Source of the DNA: a virus
Taxonomy: Duplodnaviria > Caudoviricetes
Virus record (IMG/VR): IMGVR_UViG_3300028833_000061
Coordinates: 32,001 to 96,000 of that record
Direction: 5' to 3' (one strand)
DNA length: 64,000 nucleotides
Positions within the stretch are counted from its first letter, which is position 1. Each line of letters starts with the position of its first letter. The notes beneath the pieces were generated by a model. That model was not told where the DNA came from. It was given only the letters and a program-made list of their open reading frames with translations, and did not search any database. Shown here in pieces: positions 15,545 through 24,590 of this stretch. Both the position numbers and the translations under genes were made by a program.

Positions 15545-16044
15545 GGCGGATCGATCTCGAAGTACTCGATGTTTCCATCGACGTACCTGTGAAGCTTCGC
15601 ACGTATGAAGCCGACAACCTTTCCATACGTAGTCGCAGTCATGCTGCTGAGCTTCGTAAGAGTGTCCTTAGGCTCTCGACACGAAAACTTCCGGTACGTA
15701 CGCGACAGTTCGAAGTCTCCGTTCTTGAATATGTTGCTGCAGTCGCCGTCGATCGTGATCGTACGATATTCCTTCCCGTCCTTGATGACTGCTGTGATCT
15801 CATCGAGATACGCGAGATCCTTGTTGTTGACCGCGTGCTCGTAGATTGTGGTGATGCTGTCAATGTGCGTATTGTAGTATTTTCCGAGAACCTTGAGCTT
15901 GTGCCAGCACTTTGCCTGGATCGCAAGATTGTCGATCTCCAGCTGCTTAACGCCTATCGCGTTCTCAAGCCTCATGAGGGCCTGCTTCTGGCCCTCCAGG
16001 TCCATCGACAGCTCGATCAGCTTTTTCTTCTGTGCTCTTGTCAT
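15535..16044 (-). CDS. hypothetical protein
   Basis: start MTRAQKKK with GAAGGGAAGG upstream. Confidence 0.6.
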   Translation of the reverse strand: MTRAQKKKLIELSMDLEGQKQALMRLENAIGVKQLEIDNLAIQAKCWHKLKVLGKYYNTHIDSITTIYEHAVNNKDLAYLDEITAVIKDGKEYRTITIDGDCSNIFKNGDFELSRTYRKFSCREPKDTLTKLSSMTATTYGKVVGFIRAKLHRYVDGNIEYFEIDPPWL

Positions 16045-16435
16045 TGCCTTCCCTTCGCTTGATTTCGTTTTCAAGGTATGTTTCAAACAGGATCCACTGA
16101 GCGTCGTTGTTTTCCTCCATATACCTGACAAGCTCGTTGTGGATCGTTACAAGAGTCGGAACTGGGATAATCTCGATGTTGTCGCAGATGGTCTCCTGCA
16201 CATCCTTGACAACGTATGTCTGCCTGCCTAGCGCGTATCTGAACGCGCATACCAGCGTGACCCTTGACGACAGGTTGTTGTCGAACTTCTTCTTCTCGCA
16301 GAGCTTCCTCTCCTCCTTTATGGCAATTCTCAGTCTGTCTGCGTATAGTCCATATATGTCGGATAGCTCTTTCGTTGGCCAGTTCGTCTGGTACTTCAGT
16401 TCCAGCTCGGCGGCTAAGTCGTCCAGCTTTGACAT
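15965..16435 (-). CDS. conserved phage hypothetical protein (AFRYALGR motif)
   Basis: CAFRYALGRQTYVV; GAGGAG before MSKLDD. Confidence 0.65.
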   Translation of the reverse strand: MSKLDDLAAELELKYQTNWPTKELSDIYGLYADRLRIAIKEERKLCEKKKFDNNLSSRVTLVCAFRYALGRQTYVVKDVQETICDNIEIIPVPTLVTIHNELVRYMEENNDAQWILFETYLENEIKRREGNDKSTEEKADRAVDGPGGPEAGPHEA

Positions 16436-17037
16436 TTTCTCCTCTTCAGTAGAAACAAAGTTCCAAGTATCGCAAGGATCGACGGATTTGGTTCTGGTAT
16501 CGCGTAGAAATCCGTCGGATGCCATGGTGTCTCTGTCGGTGGTGCTAGCGTCCCGGCTGTATAAGTATGTGCCGCCCACAGATCGTTCAGGCTCGCCGAT
16601 GCAACTGCAACCGGTACAAACTCCCAGTCCAGATTCTTGTCCCAGTATCCTAGCTCGTAGAACACGGACACGTCTGACGGAGTATTCTCCGTAAGCCTTA
16701 TTGGCTGCCAGTCGGCATACGTAAGCGGAGTAACAGCCTGCCATACTCCTGGCTCCGCCTCCTCTGTAAGCAGAATTCCAAAGTCTACAATGTCGTCGTC
16801 AAACTCGCACTCACGATATCCAACCTCGTATCCTGCAGCCTGTGGAAGATCGCCGATGCCGATCCTTCCTGCCACGTTATCAGGCGTGCATGCAAGCGTA
16901 GAGATCCAGTCCGTTATCGACAGCGTGGTGTTTCCTAGATGCACTTTCATTCCTTCGTCTGCTCCAACCCACATGATCTGCGTAGCTGATGCCGCGATGG
17001 AAAGAATTGCAAGTAGTATCGTCAGTGCTTTTTTCAT
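16414..17037 (-). CDS. PEP-CTERM sorting domain protein (secreted, exosortase substrate)
   Basis: signal peptide MKKALTILLAILSIAASA; C-terminus AIPEPNPSILAILGTLFLLKRRK = PEP + TM helix + basic cluster. Confidence 0.88.
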   Translation of the reverse strand: MKKALTILLAILSIAASATQIMWVGADEGMKVHLGNTTLSITDWISTLACTPDNVAGRIGIGDLPQAAGYEVGYRECEFDDDIVDFGILLTEEAEPGVWQAVTPLTYADWQPIRLTENTPSDVSVFYELGYWDKNLDWEFVPVAVASASLNDLWAAHTYTAGTLAPPTETPWHPTDFYAIPEPNPSILAILGTLFLLKRRKCQSWTT

Positions 17038-17048
17038 TTTTGGTCTCC

Positions 17049-17134
17049 TGGTGCCGGCAGGGGGACTTGAACCCTCATGGGATTTCTCCCGGGAGATTTT
17101 GAGTCTCCTGCGTCTGCCTTTCCGCCATACCGGC
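17049..17134 (-). tRNA. tRNA-Leu(CAA)
   Basis: GGAGA-CT-CAA-AA-TCTCC; long variable arm; CCA. Confidence 0.93.
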
Positions 17135-17137
17135 ATG

Positions 17138-17211
17138 TGCGCCCGGGCGGACTCGAACCGCCGACCCTTTGATTAAAAGTCAAATGCTGCTACCAACTGA
17201 GCTACGGGCGC
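17138..17211 (-). tRNA. tRNA-Lys(TTT)
   Basis: TTTGA-CT-TTT-AA-TCAAA; canonical arms. Confidence 0.93.
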
Positions 17212-17228
17212 GAAAGCAAATTATGATA

Positions 17229-17615
17229 CTACAACGATCGACGGAGGTCTACCTTGCGGTTCCACCGGCCGTTCGACCAGACGGCTATTCCACTAAGGAA
17301 TCCACGTATTCTCATGGCGCGCTGCGTGTACTTTTCGGCCTTCTCATCACACTCTTCTGCAAGTTCGTGAAGGACTTTTATAGGGTCCTCATTCGTGAAC
17401 TCGCAGCACATGCCGAAGTCTGAGCCGGCCATTCCTCCGCTGCAGTCTGCAAGCTTGACGACGGCAGGATAGTCGAGATTCTCGATCTCTTCGCGACTGA
17501 GCGCGTGCCTGGCATCGGTGATAAGACCCCAGTCTGTCTCCTTGTGCTTCCTCCTATAATCGAAGAAGTCTTTTGCGGATTCTACGACAAGTATGTTCTT
17601 GCACTTGAACGCCAT
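17229..17615 (-). CDS. hypothetical protein
   Basis: AAGGAGG before MAFKCK. Confidence 0.6.
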   Translation of the reverse strand: MAFKCKNILVVESAKDFFDYRRKHKETDWGLITDARHALSREEIENLDYPAVVKLADCSGGMAGSDFGMCCEFTNEDPIKVLHELAEECDEKAEKYTQRAMRIRGFLSGIAVWSNGRWNRKVDLRRSL

Positions 17616-17616
17616 G

Positions 17617-18102
17617 TCATTCCTCCTTGCAGTCTTCGGGCTCCACACGCCAGTCCTCGACGACGAACTTGAGATCGGCCCAACGCTTGCCATCCTTGCT
17701 TTCACAAACCCAGATATCGAAGCCCCCGCAACCGGTATGGTTCTCGCGATAACCGTAGTGATCGTACTCCTTGTCGTCAAGATACTTGAACGCCTTCTTG
17801 AGCTGGTTCTCTGCTTCTGCCACTAGAACGTCCTCGGATGGAGGCTCGTCCGTGCCGCACCACTTCCAGTCGAGATAGCCCATGACGTCGGACATCCTCT
17901 TGAAGTCGAAGTTCTCTATGATATCGCCGATGACGCCTTCCCTTGTGTTTGGAAATCTGTCGTCAAGATATGCTTCGTCCGGCTGCGTGTCCATCTTCTC
18001 GATGGCTTTCGTTATATGCAGAAGGCGGTCATTGATCTTACTCATACCGGCCTCTAGCGCGGCAAGCCTCTGCTCGGTCGTTTTCTTTTTCTTTGTACTC
18101 AC
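17617..18102 (-). CDS. conserved phage hypothetical protein
   Basis: IIENFDFKRMSDVMGYLDWKW...TGCGGF; GTG start after AGGAG. Confidence 0.65.
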   Translation of the reverse strand: MSTKKKKTTEQRLAALEAGMSKINDRLLHITKAIEKMDTQPDEAYLDDRFPNTREGVIGDIIENFDFKRMSDVMGYLDWKWCGTDEPPSEDVLVAEAENQLKKAFKYLDDKEYDHYGYRENHTGCGGFDIWVCESKDGKRWADLKFVVEDWRVEPEDCKEE

Positions 18103-18359
18103 GCTTTTTCTCCTAGCATTGAAACTATGTCCAAGGCGTCGTTGTAACAGCCTTCGCACCCTGGAGCTCCGTTCACGGCGACAAGCAGGTCTGTGTCCAC
18201 AAGCACGGTAGGATGATTCTCTACCCAGTTTATACCGCGCACAAGACGCCTTATAATGTTCTCAATGTCAGACTCGCGCTGAGTCTGCTGCGGCATCCTG
18301 TCGCGACCGGCCCACTCGTCCTGTGTTTCGACGAGAACTCCGTTGTAGCAGTCCGGCAT
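18099..18359 (-). CDS. hypothetical protein
   Basis: 86 aa ORF abutting both neighbours. Confidence 0.5.
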   Translation of the reverse strand: MPDCYNGVLVETQDEWAGRDRMPQQTQRESDIENIIRRLVRGINWVENHPTVLVDTDLLVAVNGAPGCEGCYNDALDIVSMLGEKA

Positions 18360-18731
18360 CTACTTGTCCTTGTCCTTGTTCGGCCTGAGCTCGACCAGCC
18401 AGTCGTTGGCAAGCTGGACGAAGTTGGAGCCAAGCTCCTGCACAGTCTCCGAGTTGGCGATCTTAGGGATAACGACTATTGCCGCGGCCTCCTTCGTTGT
18501 GGGCAGCATAATGACTCCGATAGCCGCCACAATGCCCACGAAGCCTGCGCGCTTGCAGATCTTCAGGCATAACTTGAACTCGGGCTCGCTGTCGCCGCCG
18601 TCCGTCAGGGCCATAAGGCATATGACTCCTGTAACTATGGCTGTAACGATGCTGAACGCGAGCAGGATGGCGAACAGCGCATTGATTCCTTCAAGCCTTG
18701 TGATCCAGTAGACCAGCGATGGTGTGATCAT
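18360..18731 (-). CDS. membrane protein
   Basis: two TM segments; LPTTKEAAAIVVIP. Confidence 0.7.
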   Translation of the reverse strand: MITPSLVYWITRLEGINALFAILLAFSIVTAIVTGVICLMALTDGGDSEPEFKLCLKICKRAGFVGIVAAIGVIMLPTTKEAAAIVVIPKIANSETVQELGSNFVQLANDWLVELRPNKDKDK

Positions 18732-18748
18732 TGTGTTTTGGTTGGTTG

Positions 18749-18831
18749 TGCCGAAGGAGGGATTCGAACCCTCAAGGTCTTACGACCAGGGGTTTTTAAG
18801 ACCCCTGCGGTTGCCCTTTCGCCACTTCGGC
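18749..18831 (-). tRNA. tRNA-Leu(TAA)
   Basis: GGGGT-CT-TAA-AA-ACCCC; long variable arm. Confidence 0.92.
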
Positions 18832-19154
18832 TTGTTTAACGAATTACACGTATCCGCAGATGGCTATCACGATAGCGATAGTGGCAGCACCTAGAGCGAT
18901 GCCACCAATGATTGACAGGAATGTTTTCATCTGTCCGGCACTCCATAAAGGGGCGTGGACGCTAGAAATATGTTTACAGCGGCCTCCTGAATATCTGAGT
19001 CAGGCACTCCTTTGTTCGCACCTCCGTTACGAAGGCAGCACTTGATCCTGCCGACTATGTCAACAATCTTTGCAGGGTCTTTTGATAGGCCGACCCTACC
19101 GAGCCTTCTGGCCTCAGACAGAGGCCCTTCCAGAGTTTCTTTCATTTGGTTCTC

Positions 19155-19412
19155 CTAGAACGGCAGATCCGAGTCGTCAGAGGAACACTCATCGTCCACA
19201 CGTCTGCCGGTCAGTTCCAAGTACTTCGCGTTAGTCTCTTCGCCAGTCGGCAGTCGACCGTTCCTCTGTAGGAAGTCTGTCTCCCATTTGTCCATAATCT
19301 CGTCCATCTGGTCGAAATAAGCCTGTTCGTCATCGGCCCTGTCCGTGCTCGTATCACCGGTGAAAAGGATGCGAGTCGGATTGTAGCCGTCTTCGTATAC
19401 AGTTCTACACAT
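19155..19412 (-). CDS. hypothetical protein, acidic C-terminus ending DLPF
   Basis: 85 aa ORF in the chain. Confidence 0.55.
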   Translation of the reverse strand: MCRTVYEDGYNPTRILFTGDTSTDRADDEQAYFDQMDEIMDKWETDFLQRNGRLPTGEETNAKYLELTGRRVDDECSSDDSDLPF

Positions 19413-19992
19413 TTCTTAGATCCAGTCTTCTTATGTCGTCGTCTTCCCACTTGGAGCGCACAGGAAGCGTTACCATGCTGTAGCAGTACTGGAACTCACC
19501 ACGATACCAGAACTCGACGCAGTCTCCGACCTTGAGGTTCCCCTCTCGCATCTCGACCACGAACTCGTGTCCCTTTCTTAGAGTCTTGAACGTCAGAACA
19601 AGCCCAGGATTGACGAACGGATCAACCTCGACGTCGAACACTATTCCATACTGGTTAGTCGTTTGGTCCAGCCAGCTGAACATATCGTCGACGTTTACGA
19701 GATATCCCTTGCACTTTCGACAGTACTTCCTCAGATACTCGTCTAGCCTGCGCTGCCGTTCCTCCGCCTCGCGCTTGCGCCGCGCAACATACTCAAGCTG
19801 CTCGTCATAAAGCTGTCCTGGCTCCTTGTAGTATTCGTTCCATTCAGATCCGTCCCAGCCTATGTTCCTCCTGCGATACCTTCCACGGCCACTCCGGCCC
19901 AATCCTTCCGGATCAAGCCCTGTCCAGTCACCAAAGCCTGCCTCGGCCTCAAGGGCCTGGCAGAGCATCTGGTCGCATTCGAACTCGCTCAC
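19405..19992 (-). CDS. hypothetical protein
   Basis: 195 aa ORF, coupled to neighbours. Confidence 0.6.
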   Translation of the reverse strand: MSEFECDQMLCQALEAEAGFGDWTGLDPEGLGRSGRGRYRRRNIGWDGSEWNEYYKEPGQLYDEQLEYVARRKREAEERQRRLDEYLRKYCRKCKGYLVNVDDMFSWLDQTTNQYGIVFDVEVDPFVNPGLVLTFKTLRKGHEFVVEMREGNLKVGDCVEFWYRGEFQYCYSMVTLPVRSKWEDDDIRRLDLRNV

Positions 19993-20459
19993 GTCAGTTT
20001 CCTGCCATTTCTGATCCTTCCGCGCTCTATGAAGATCTCATTGGCATAGTTGTTGGCCATAAACGCATCATACGTCATCACGTTTGAAGCGCAGCCCTCC
20101 ATCATCAAGGAGGTTTCCTTGACGTCTGGCATGGTTATAATCAGGATCTTCTTTTTATTGGCGAACGCATATCCGCATTCCCAGGCCGTTCCGATAGCGC
20201 AGTGCTCTCTGCCGAAGTCGCAGGCAACGACCCAGTCGCAGTCGTCTATCGCGTTGACGTCCATCATAAAGACGCACTGTCCCCACATCTCCTGGGTTAT
20301 TCCCCACTCGTTGGGAACTCTGTGCTTCTTAGGAACAAATACTTCGCATCGGTCCTCGTCTGCGCACATTAGATTATCGAAGTGATGCTCTACAAGGAAC
20401 ATCTTGAGCTTGACATCTTCTGGGGCGACTATAGGCCCGGCAAGGTAGACCTTTATCAT
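19989..20459 (-). CDS. nucleoside 2-deoxyribosyltransferase family protein
   Basis: KVYLAGP, DVNAIDDCDWVVA, GTAWECGYAFANKK. Confidence 0.88.
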   Translation of the reverse strand: MIKVYLAGPIVAPEDVKLKMFLVEHHFDNLMCADEDRCEVFVPKKHRVPNEWGITQEMWGQCVFMMDVNAIDDCDWVVACDFGREHCAIGTAWECGYAFANKKKILIITMPDVKETSLMMEGCASNVMTYDAFMANNYANEIFIERGRIRNGRKLT

Positions 20460-20579
20460 TTCCAGACAGTCATTCCGAGTATCAGTCCAATCACAAGGCC
20501 GGACAGCATAACGATCCAGCTGCTAGGATTGCGGAAGAAGTCGCGTATATCCTCCTCCCACTCCTTCCAGCTCCAGAAC

Positions 20580-20978
20580 TCATTCTTTGTGGAAGTATTC
20601 ATTGATTAACCCTCGAATGTGGTCGAGCTGCGTCTCCGCCCGCTCCTTGGCTTCCTGAAGAGTCTTGTATGCATGGACATACGTGCCTCTCGACTGGAAC
20701 GCCCAGTCTCCGAACCTCTCCCAGTGGACGGCCTCCCTGCTGTTTGCAGGAATGCCGCCGATCCCCTCGAACAGAACATACAGCTCTGGAGTGTCGGACT
20801 GGATCATCCCCTTGGTGTCGCACGGCCGCTGCTCTACTATGATATACAGCCTCGGACTTACGTCCGTCTCGGACAGCTTGCCGACCGCCCAGTAGCAGTC
20901 GCGAGGATTCGACTCAAGGTCGTTGATCTTCTTCTCTTTCCAGCTAAGCATTCTATCTCCTTTACCGTGGCAGAGCAC
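20580..20978 (-). CDS. hypothetical protein
   Basis: 132 aa ORF; likely start at MLSWKE after AAAGGAG. Confidence 0.6.
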   Translation of the reverse strand: MLCHGKGDRMLSWKEKKINDLESNPRDCYWAVGKLSETDVSPRLYIIVEQRPCDTKGMIQSDTPELYVLFEGIGGIPANSREAVHWERFGDWAFQSRGTYVHAYKTLQEAKERAETQLDHIRGLINEYFHKE

Positions 20979-21355
20979 TAGTACGGCGTAGTTACGGCCA
21001 TTTCGGCCAACGCCTCAAGGGTCATGAACAGACCCCGAACAGTGGCAACGGACGGCTGAATATCACCGTGCTCGTCTTCCCAGTTGCTTCCGACCTCGAG
21101 ATAGTCTTTGTCGTCTGGACCGAACAGGTCAGAGTGCTTGATCATAAGATCGGCGGCCAGAACCATGTCCAGCTCTTTCTTTGTGAGCTTGGTCTTCTCG
21201 TTGAAGGCCTTCTTGTTCGACTGGCAGCGGTCCTTGACGGACCACAGTACTAGGCTGTAGCGGGCCATGCAATCCCAGCAAAACATCATTCGTTTGGTCT
21301 GCTTGGCCTTGTTCCACTTCTGCTTTTTCTTCTGTTTGCTAGATTTCTTTTTCAT
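20978..21355 (-). CDS. hypothetical protein, basic N-terminus
   Basis: 125 aa ORF; ATGA overlap. Confidence 0.6.
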   Translation of the reverse strand: MKKKSSKQKKKQKWNKAKQTKRMMFCWDCMARYSLVLWSVKDRCQSNKKAFNEKTKLTKKELDMVLAADLMIKHSDLFGPDDKDYLEVGSNWEDEHGDIQPSVATVRGLFMTLEALAEMAVTTPY

Positions 21356-21687
21356 TGGTCTTTTCTTTCTTTACCACTCTCTTCCCAGTCAATCCGGATT
21401 TGCCAGTGGTTGCTTGGTTTCATATCATATGTCCTCACCGCAACAGCCCTGTAGCCGAGGTTCTGCTTTAGGTATGTCAGGATGCACTTTATCTCATCCT
21501 CGGTGTAGCCATCGTAGAAGTGGTCCTTGTCCCTCACATACACGTCTGCATGATAACTGCATTCGGCAACGCTCATGTTGACCTCGTGCTCCACCTCTTT
21601 CAAGAGCTCTTTGTTGCAATTGCTCAGGTTTAGGGCATCGATGTTTTCCTTGGTCTGCCTATTGGCATCGCTTGCGTTCATCAACAT
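21352..21687 (-). CDS. hypothetical protein
   Basis: 111 aa ORF in the chain. Confidence 0.6.
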   Translation of the reverse strand: MLMNASDANRQTKENIDALNLSNCNKELLKEVEHEVNMSVAECSYHADVYVRDKDHFYDGYTEDEIKCILTYLKQNLGYRAVAVRTYDMKPSNHWQIRIDWEESGKERKDQ

Positions 21688-21692
21688 AATGT

Positions 21693-22109
21693 CTATTCAT
21701 TTCCGATGAACCTGTCGTGCTTCTCGAACGGATACAGCTTTCCTGTCTCAGGAAACCACACGACGAACTTCATCTTGTTGTCGATTATGTTATTCTTGGC
21801 GATGTCGCTGCACTTATACTCTGTCTTTCCATCGACGACATCCTTGCCCGTCAGCAGTTTTCCTTCGAAGTACACCCATCCCTTGTCAAGGAACAGCTGT
21901 CCTTTTGCAGGATCGTATATGAAGCGGCGGAAAGCAACATAGCCTTCACGCGTGTCGCGAAGTTTCTGTGCGACAGCCTCTGCATCCTCCCAGCTCTTTC
22001 TGGGCCACTTCATATCGCACGTATCTGCGAACAGCAGACCTGGCGATATGGCCATGATGTGCCTGTGGTTCAGAGGAACCTTGGCAAGCTTCTCTTTGTT
22101 GTCTGTCAT
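21693..22109 (-). CDS. hypothetical protein
   Basis: start MTDNKE after an AACCAATCAAACCAAC leader. Confidence 0.65.
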   Translation of the reverse strand: MTDNKEKLAKVPLNHRHIMAISPGLLFADTCDMKWPRKSWEDAEAVAQKLRDTREGYVAFRRFIYDPAKGQLFLDKGWVYFEGKLLTGKDVVDGKTEYKCSDIAKNNIIDNKMKFVVWFPETGKLYPFEKHDRFIGNE

Positions 22110-22127
22110 GTTGGTTTGATTGGTTGA

Positions 22128-22204
22128 TGGCGCGCCTGGCGGGGATCGAACCCACAACCCTCGGCTTAGAAGGCCGATGCTCTGTCCAATTGAGCTACAG
22201 GCGC
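22128..22204 (-). tRNA. tRNA-Arg(TCT)
   Basis: TCGGC-CT-TCT-AA-GCCGA; CCA. Confidence 0.94.
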
Positions 22205-22211
22205 AGTTTTT

Positions 22212-22294
22212 CGGAGAGTGCAGGATTCGAACCTGCGGAACTTGCGTTCATCGGTTTTCAAGACCGCCGCCTTAAACCTCTCAGCCAACTCTCC
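22212..22294 (-). tRNA. tRNA-Ser(TGA)
   Basis: CGGT-CT-TGA-AA-ACCG; long variable arm; G73. Confidence 0.92.
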
Positions 22295-22300
22295 ATTGAT

Positions 22301-22378
22301 TGGTGGTCGGGATGGGACTCGAACCCATAAAACCTTCTGGGTGTAAACCAGACGCTCTAACCATTGAGCTACCCGACC
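22301..22378 (-). tRNA. tRNA-Val(TAC)
   Basis: TCTGG-TT-TAC-AC-CCAGA; CCA. Confidence 0.92.
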
Positions 22379-22380
22379 GG

Positions 22381-22455
22381 TGGACCGGGTGGGACTTGAA
22401 CCCACAGTCCTGACCTTATAAGGGTCCCGCTCGAACCAATCGCAGCTGCCGGTCC
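22381..22455 (-). tRNA. tRNA-Ile(TAT)
   Basis: acceptor GGACCGG/CCGGTCC + A73; GACC-CT-TAT-AA-GGTC; GGTTCAAGTCC T-arm; D-arm somewhat atypical. Confidence 0.82.
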
Positions 22456-22520
22456 TTGTTGCGATCGGTTGGACCCTGATGCGCGCCAGATTAGTGGCAC
22501 GGGCCTGGACTTTCCAAAAG

Positions 22521-22922
22521 TCATTTGATCCCTAGTTCCTTCTTGTGCTTCTTGAACCAGTTTTCAGTATCGGTGAACATGTTCTCGTCGAAGAAGAACT
22601 TAAACCGTTCCCCACGATAAAAGCCTGTGACGTATATCATAGGCTCGAGGTCCTTGAACTCCCCAGTAGTATGCACATCCGTGATGCTTTCGCAATAGGA
22701 ATTCATCACGTCAGGCTTCTTGAGGTCAGACATTATTCCGACCAGGACGGCGTGATCCAGCCTCTTTGCCTTCGACTCGATCCTTGCCAGCTCCCTGAGC
22801 ACCCGTCTCGTATGGCACAGCATGCCATGCCTGAAGTTATTCAGCACGCGAATAAGCTGGTGCTCTGCGTCAACAACCGTCTTGATCGGAAACGTGTTCC
22901 ATTCGTTCGTGATCTTGCTCAC
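22521..22922 (-). CDS. hypothetical protein
   Basis: probable GTG start overlapping the AAA ATPase stop. Confidence 0.55.
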   Translation of the reverse strand: MSKITNEWNTFPIKTVVDAEHQLIRVLNNFRHGMLCHTRRVLRELARIESKAKRLDHAVLVGIMSDLKKPDVMNSYCESITDVHTTGEFKDLEPMIYVTGFYRGERFKFFFDENMFTDTENWFKKHKKELGIK

Positions 22923-24247
22923 TAGAATCCCATCCTGGGCTTTTCTGTTGGTTTCTTGAATCCGTTCTCCTTGTCGATCCCATAGATGTCGGCAAGGGTC
23001 ATGTCGTTCTCGGCAACCTTGTCGGAGCCGAGCTCCTTGAGCAATGTGTTTGCCTTGTCCTTGTCCAGAGGCTTGAACTCGTACTTCAGCTTCAATCTCC
23101 CTTTTCGCGTCAACGCCGAGTCGATCTTGTCGAGCGGGCAGTTGAACGTGCACAGGAACTTGATATTGAAGCCGTCTCCAAGTATGCCGTCTGTCAGGTT
23201 CAGGATAGTCGACATAGCCTCGTTGTATTCAGTTCTGTCCCTGAGCACGTCCTCGCAGTCTTCGAGGACGAATGTAGCGTTCTTCTTCTTGGATAGCAGC
23301 TCGATGAACTCGGCGTTGGTCATAGCGCCGAACATCGACTTGTCAAGGAACACGAATCTGCGAGGAACCGTAAGCGAAAGATGCCTTATGTACGACGTCT
23401 TACCGGTTCCTGGCGTTCCGTGAAGCAGAACGATTCCAGATGTGTTCGACTGGAGATGCTCACGTATCTCCTCGTCTGGCAGATCGTCGTTGTACTGCTT
23501 CTTGATGTCGATGTTCTGCTCTCGAATAGGGAGATCCATGCTCGAGAATCCGCCTCGAATGGACACGATATACTCCATGCTGCGGGGCTTCGTGCGCTTG
23601 CAGAACTTGATGCACTTCAGGATCTTGGCTATCTCCGGGTCGCCGTGCTGCATCAGAATAAGCGCGCAATGGTTGGCGATCTTGATGAATATGCCACCCT
23701 TTGTTGCGGCAAGCAGACGATATCTCTGCGTGTAGTTGCGATCCGACAGAATGTGCGTTCCGGCCGGTTTCTCGACAGGGTTCCAGTCGTCCTCGTCAGG
23801 AGTGTCGTCCTCCTCCTGTGAACCTACGTCCTTGGCGGAAGAGTCGTCGACATTCGACCACAGTGCAGTCCAGATGTTGCCACCGAAAATCTCCACCAGG
23901 TTGTTGTATGTGTCGACTATGGAGATCGACTCTCCTAGGTCCAGACGCTCCTTGCCTATGGTTATGTATCTAGGAACGAGGTCCTCGGACAGGGTAAGAG
24001 TCCTCTGGATCGGAACCTTGTGATACAGTGCCGAGTAGATGGAGTACATGGCCGACGCATCTATATAGTCGCCGGAGAACGCATCGAACGCCTCCTTCTC
24101 GGACACACCGCCAAGCGAGCCTGAGCCTGTTGCTAAAAGCTCAACCTTCTTCTGCCAGTCCGATAGTTCATCATGCAGCTTCTTTCCCGATGCAGGAAAC
24201 CAGCCGTTAAACATCGACAGCTCGCCTTTTTTGATCAGCGTGTTCAT
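22922..24247 (-). CDS. AAA family ATPase
   Basis: Walker A GTPGTGKT, Walker B FVLEDCE, ILNLTDG, IDSALTRKGRL; C-terminal MGF. Confidence 0.9.
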   Translation of the reverse strand: MNTLIKKGELSMFNGWFPASGKKLHDELSDWQKKVELLATGSGSLGGVSEKEAFDAFSGDYIDASAMYSIYSALYHKVPIQRTLTLSEDLVPRYITIGKERLDLGESISIVDTYNNLVEIFGGNIWTALWSNVDDSSAKDVGSQEEDDTPDEDDWNPVEKPAGTHILSDRNYTQRYRLLAATKGGIFIKIANHCALILMQHGDPEIAKILKCIKFCKRTKPRSMEYIVSIRGGFSSMDLPIREQNIDIKKQYNDDLPDEEIREHLQSNTSGIVLLHGTPGTGKTSYIRHLSLTVPRRFVFLDKSMFGAMTNAEFIELLSKKKNATFVLEDCEDVLRDRTEYNEAMSTILNLTDGILGDGFNIKFLCTFNCPLDKIDSALTRKGRLKLKYEFKPLDKDKANTLLKELGSDKVAENDMTLADIYGIDKENGFKKPTEKPRMGF

Positions 24248-24417
24248 CAGAGCTCCTTCACAGTGCACGAAAGGACGGGAATGTTGTCCTTCTCGAAACC
24301 ATACCAGTCTCTGGCGGTCTTCTCGGCATCCTCCTTGGACTTTGCCGAGCCTCCCCAGGTGGTCTTGCACTTGTGTCCGAATTCCATGAACTCGAACGTA
24401 ACTGCGTAGTGTTTCAT
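24247..24417 (-). CDS. small hypothetical protein
   Basis: MKHYAVTFEF after an AACCAACCAAC leader. Confidence 0.55.
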   Translation of the reverse strand: MKHYAVTFEFMEFGHKCKTTWGGSAKSKEDAEKTARDWYGFEKDNIPVLSCTVKEL

Positions 24418-24439
24418 TGTTGGTTGGTTTTGGTTGAAA

Positions 24440-24514
24440 TGGAGCCGACGATAGGAGTTGAACCTACAACCCACGGTTTACAAAACCGTTGCTCTGCCAT
24501 TGAGCTACATCGGC
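24440..24514 (-). tRNA. tRNA-Thr(TGT)
   Basis: ACGGT-TT-TGT-AA-ACCGT; CCA. Confidence 0.94.
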
Positions 24515-24515
24515 T

Positions 24516-24590
24516 TGGTCGGAGTGGTGCGGTTCGAACGCACGACGTCTTGCTCCCAAAGCAAGCGCACTACCACTGTGCTACACTCCG
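24516..24590 (-). tRNA. tRNA-Pro(TGG)
   Basis: CTTGC-TT-TGG-GA-GCAAG; C1-G72; CCA. Confidence 0.94.

Noticed and set aside
22124-22405. ORFs overlapping tRNA genes (also N-terminal extensions of 14667, 14940, 16414, 21693, 24247)
   Set aside because: They are translations of tRNA sequence; starts were moved downstream of the tRNAs.
22456-22520. Possible promoter or tRNA remnant upstream of tRNA-Ile
   Set aside because: Only a 6 bp hairpin and weak -35/-10 matches; insufficient support.
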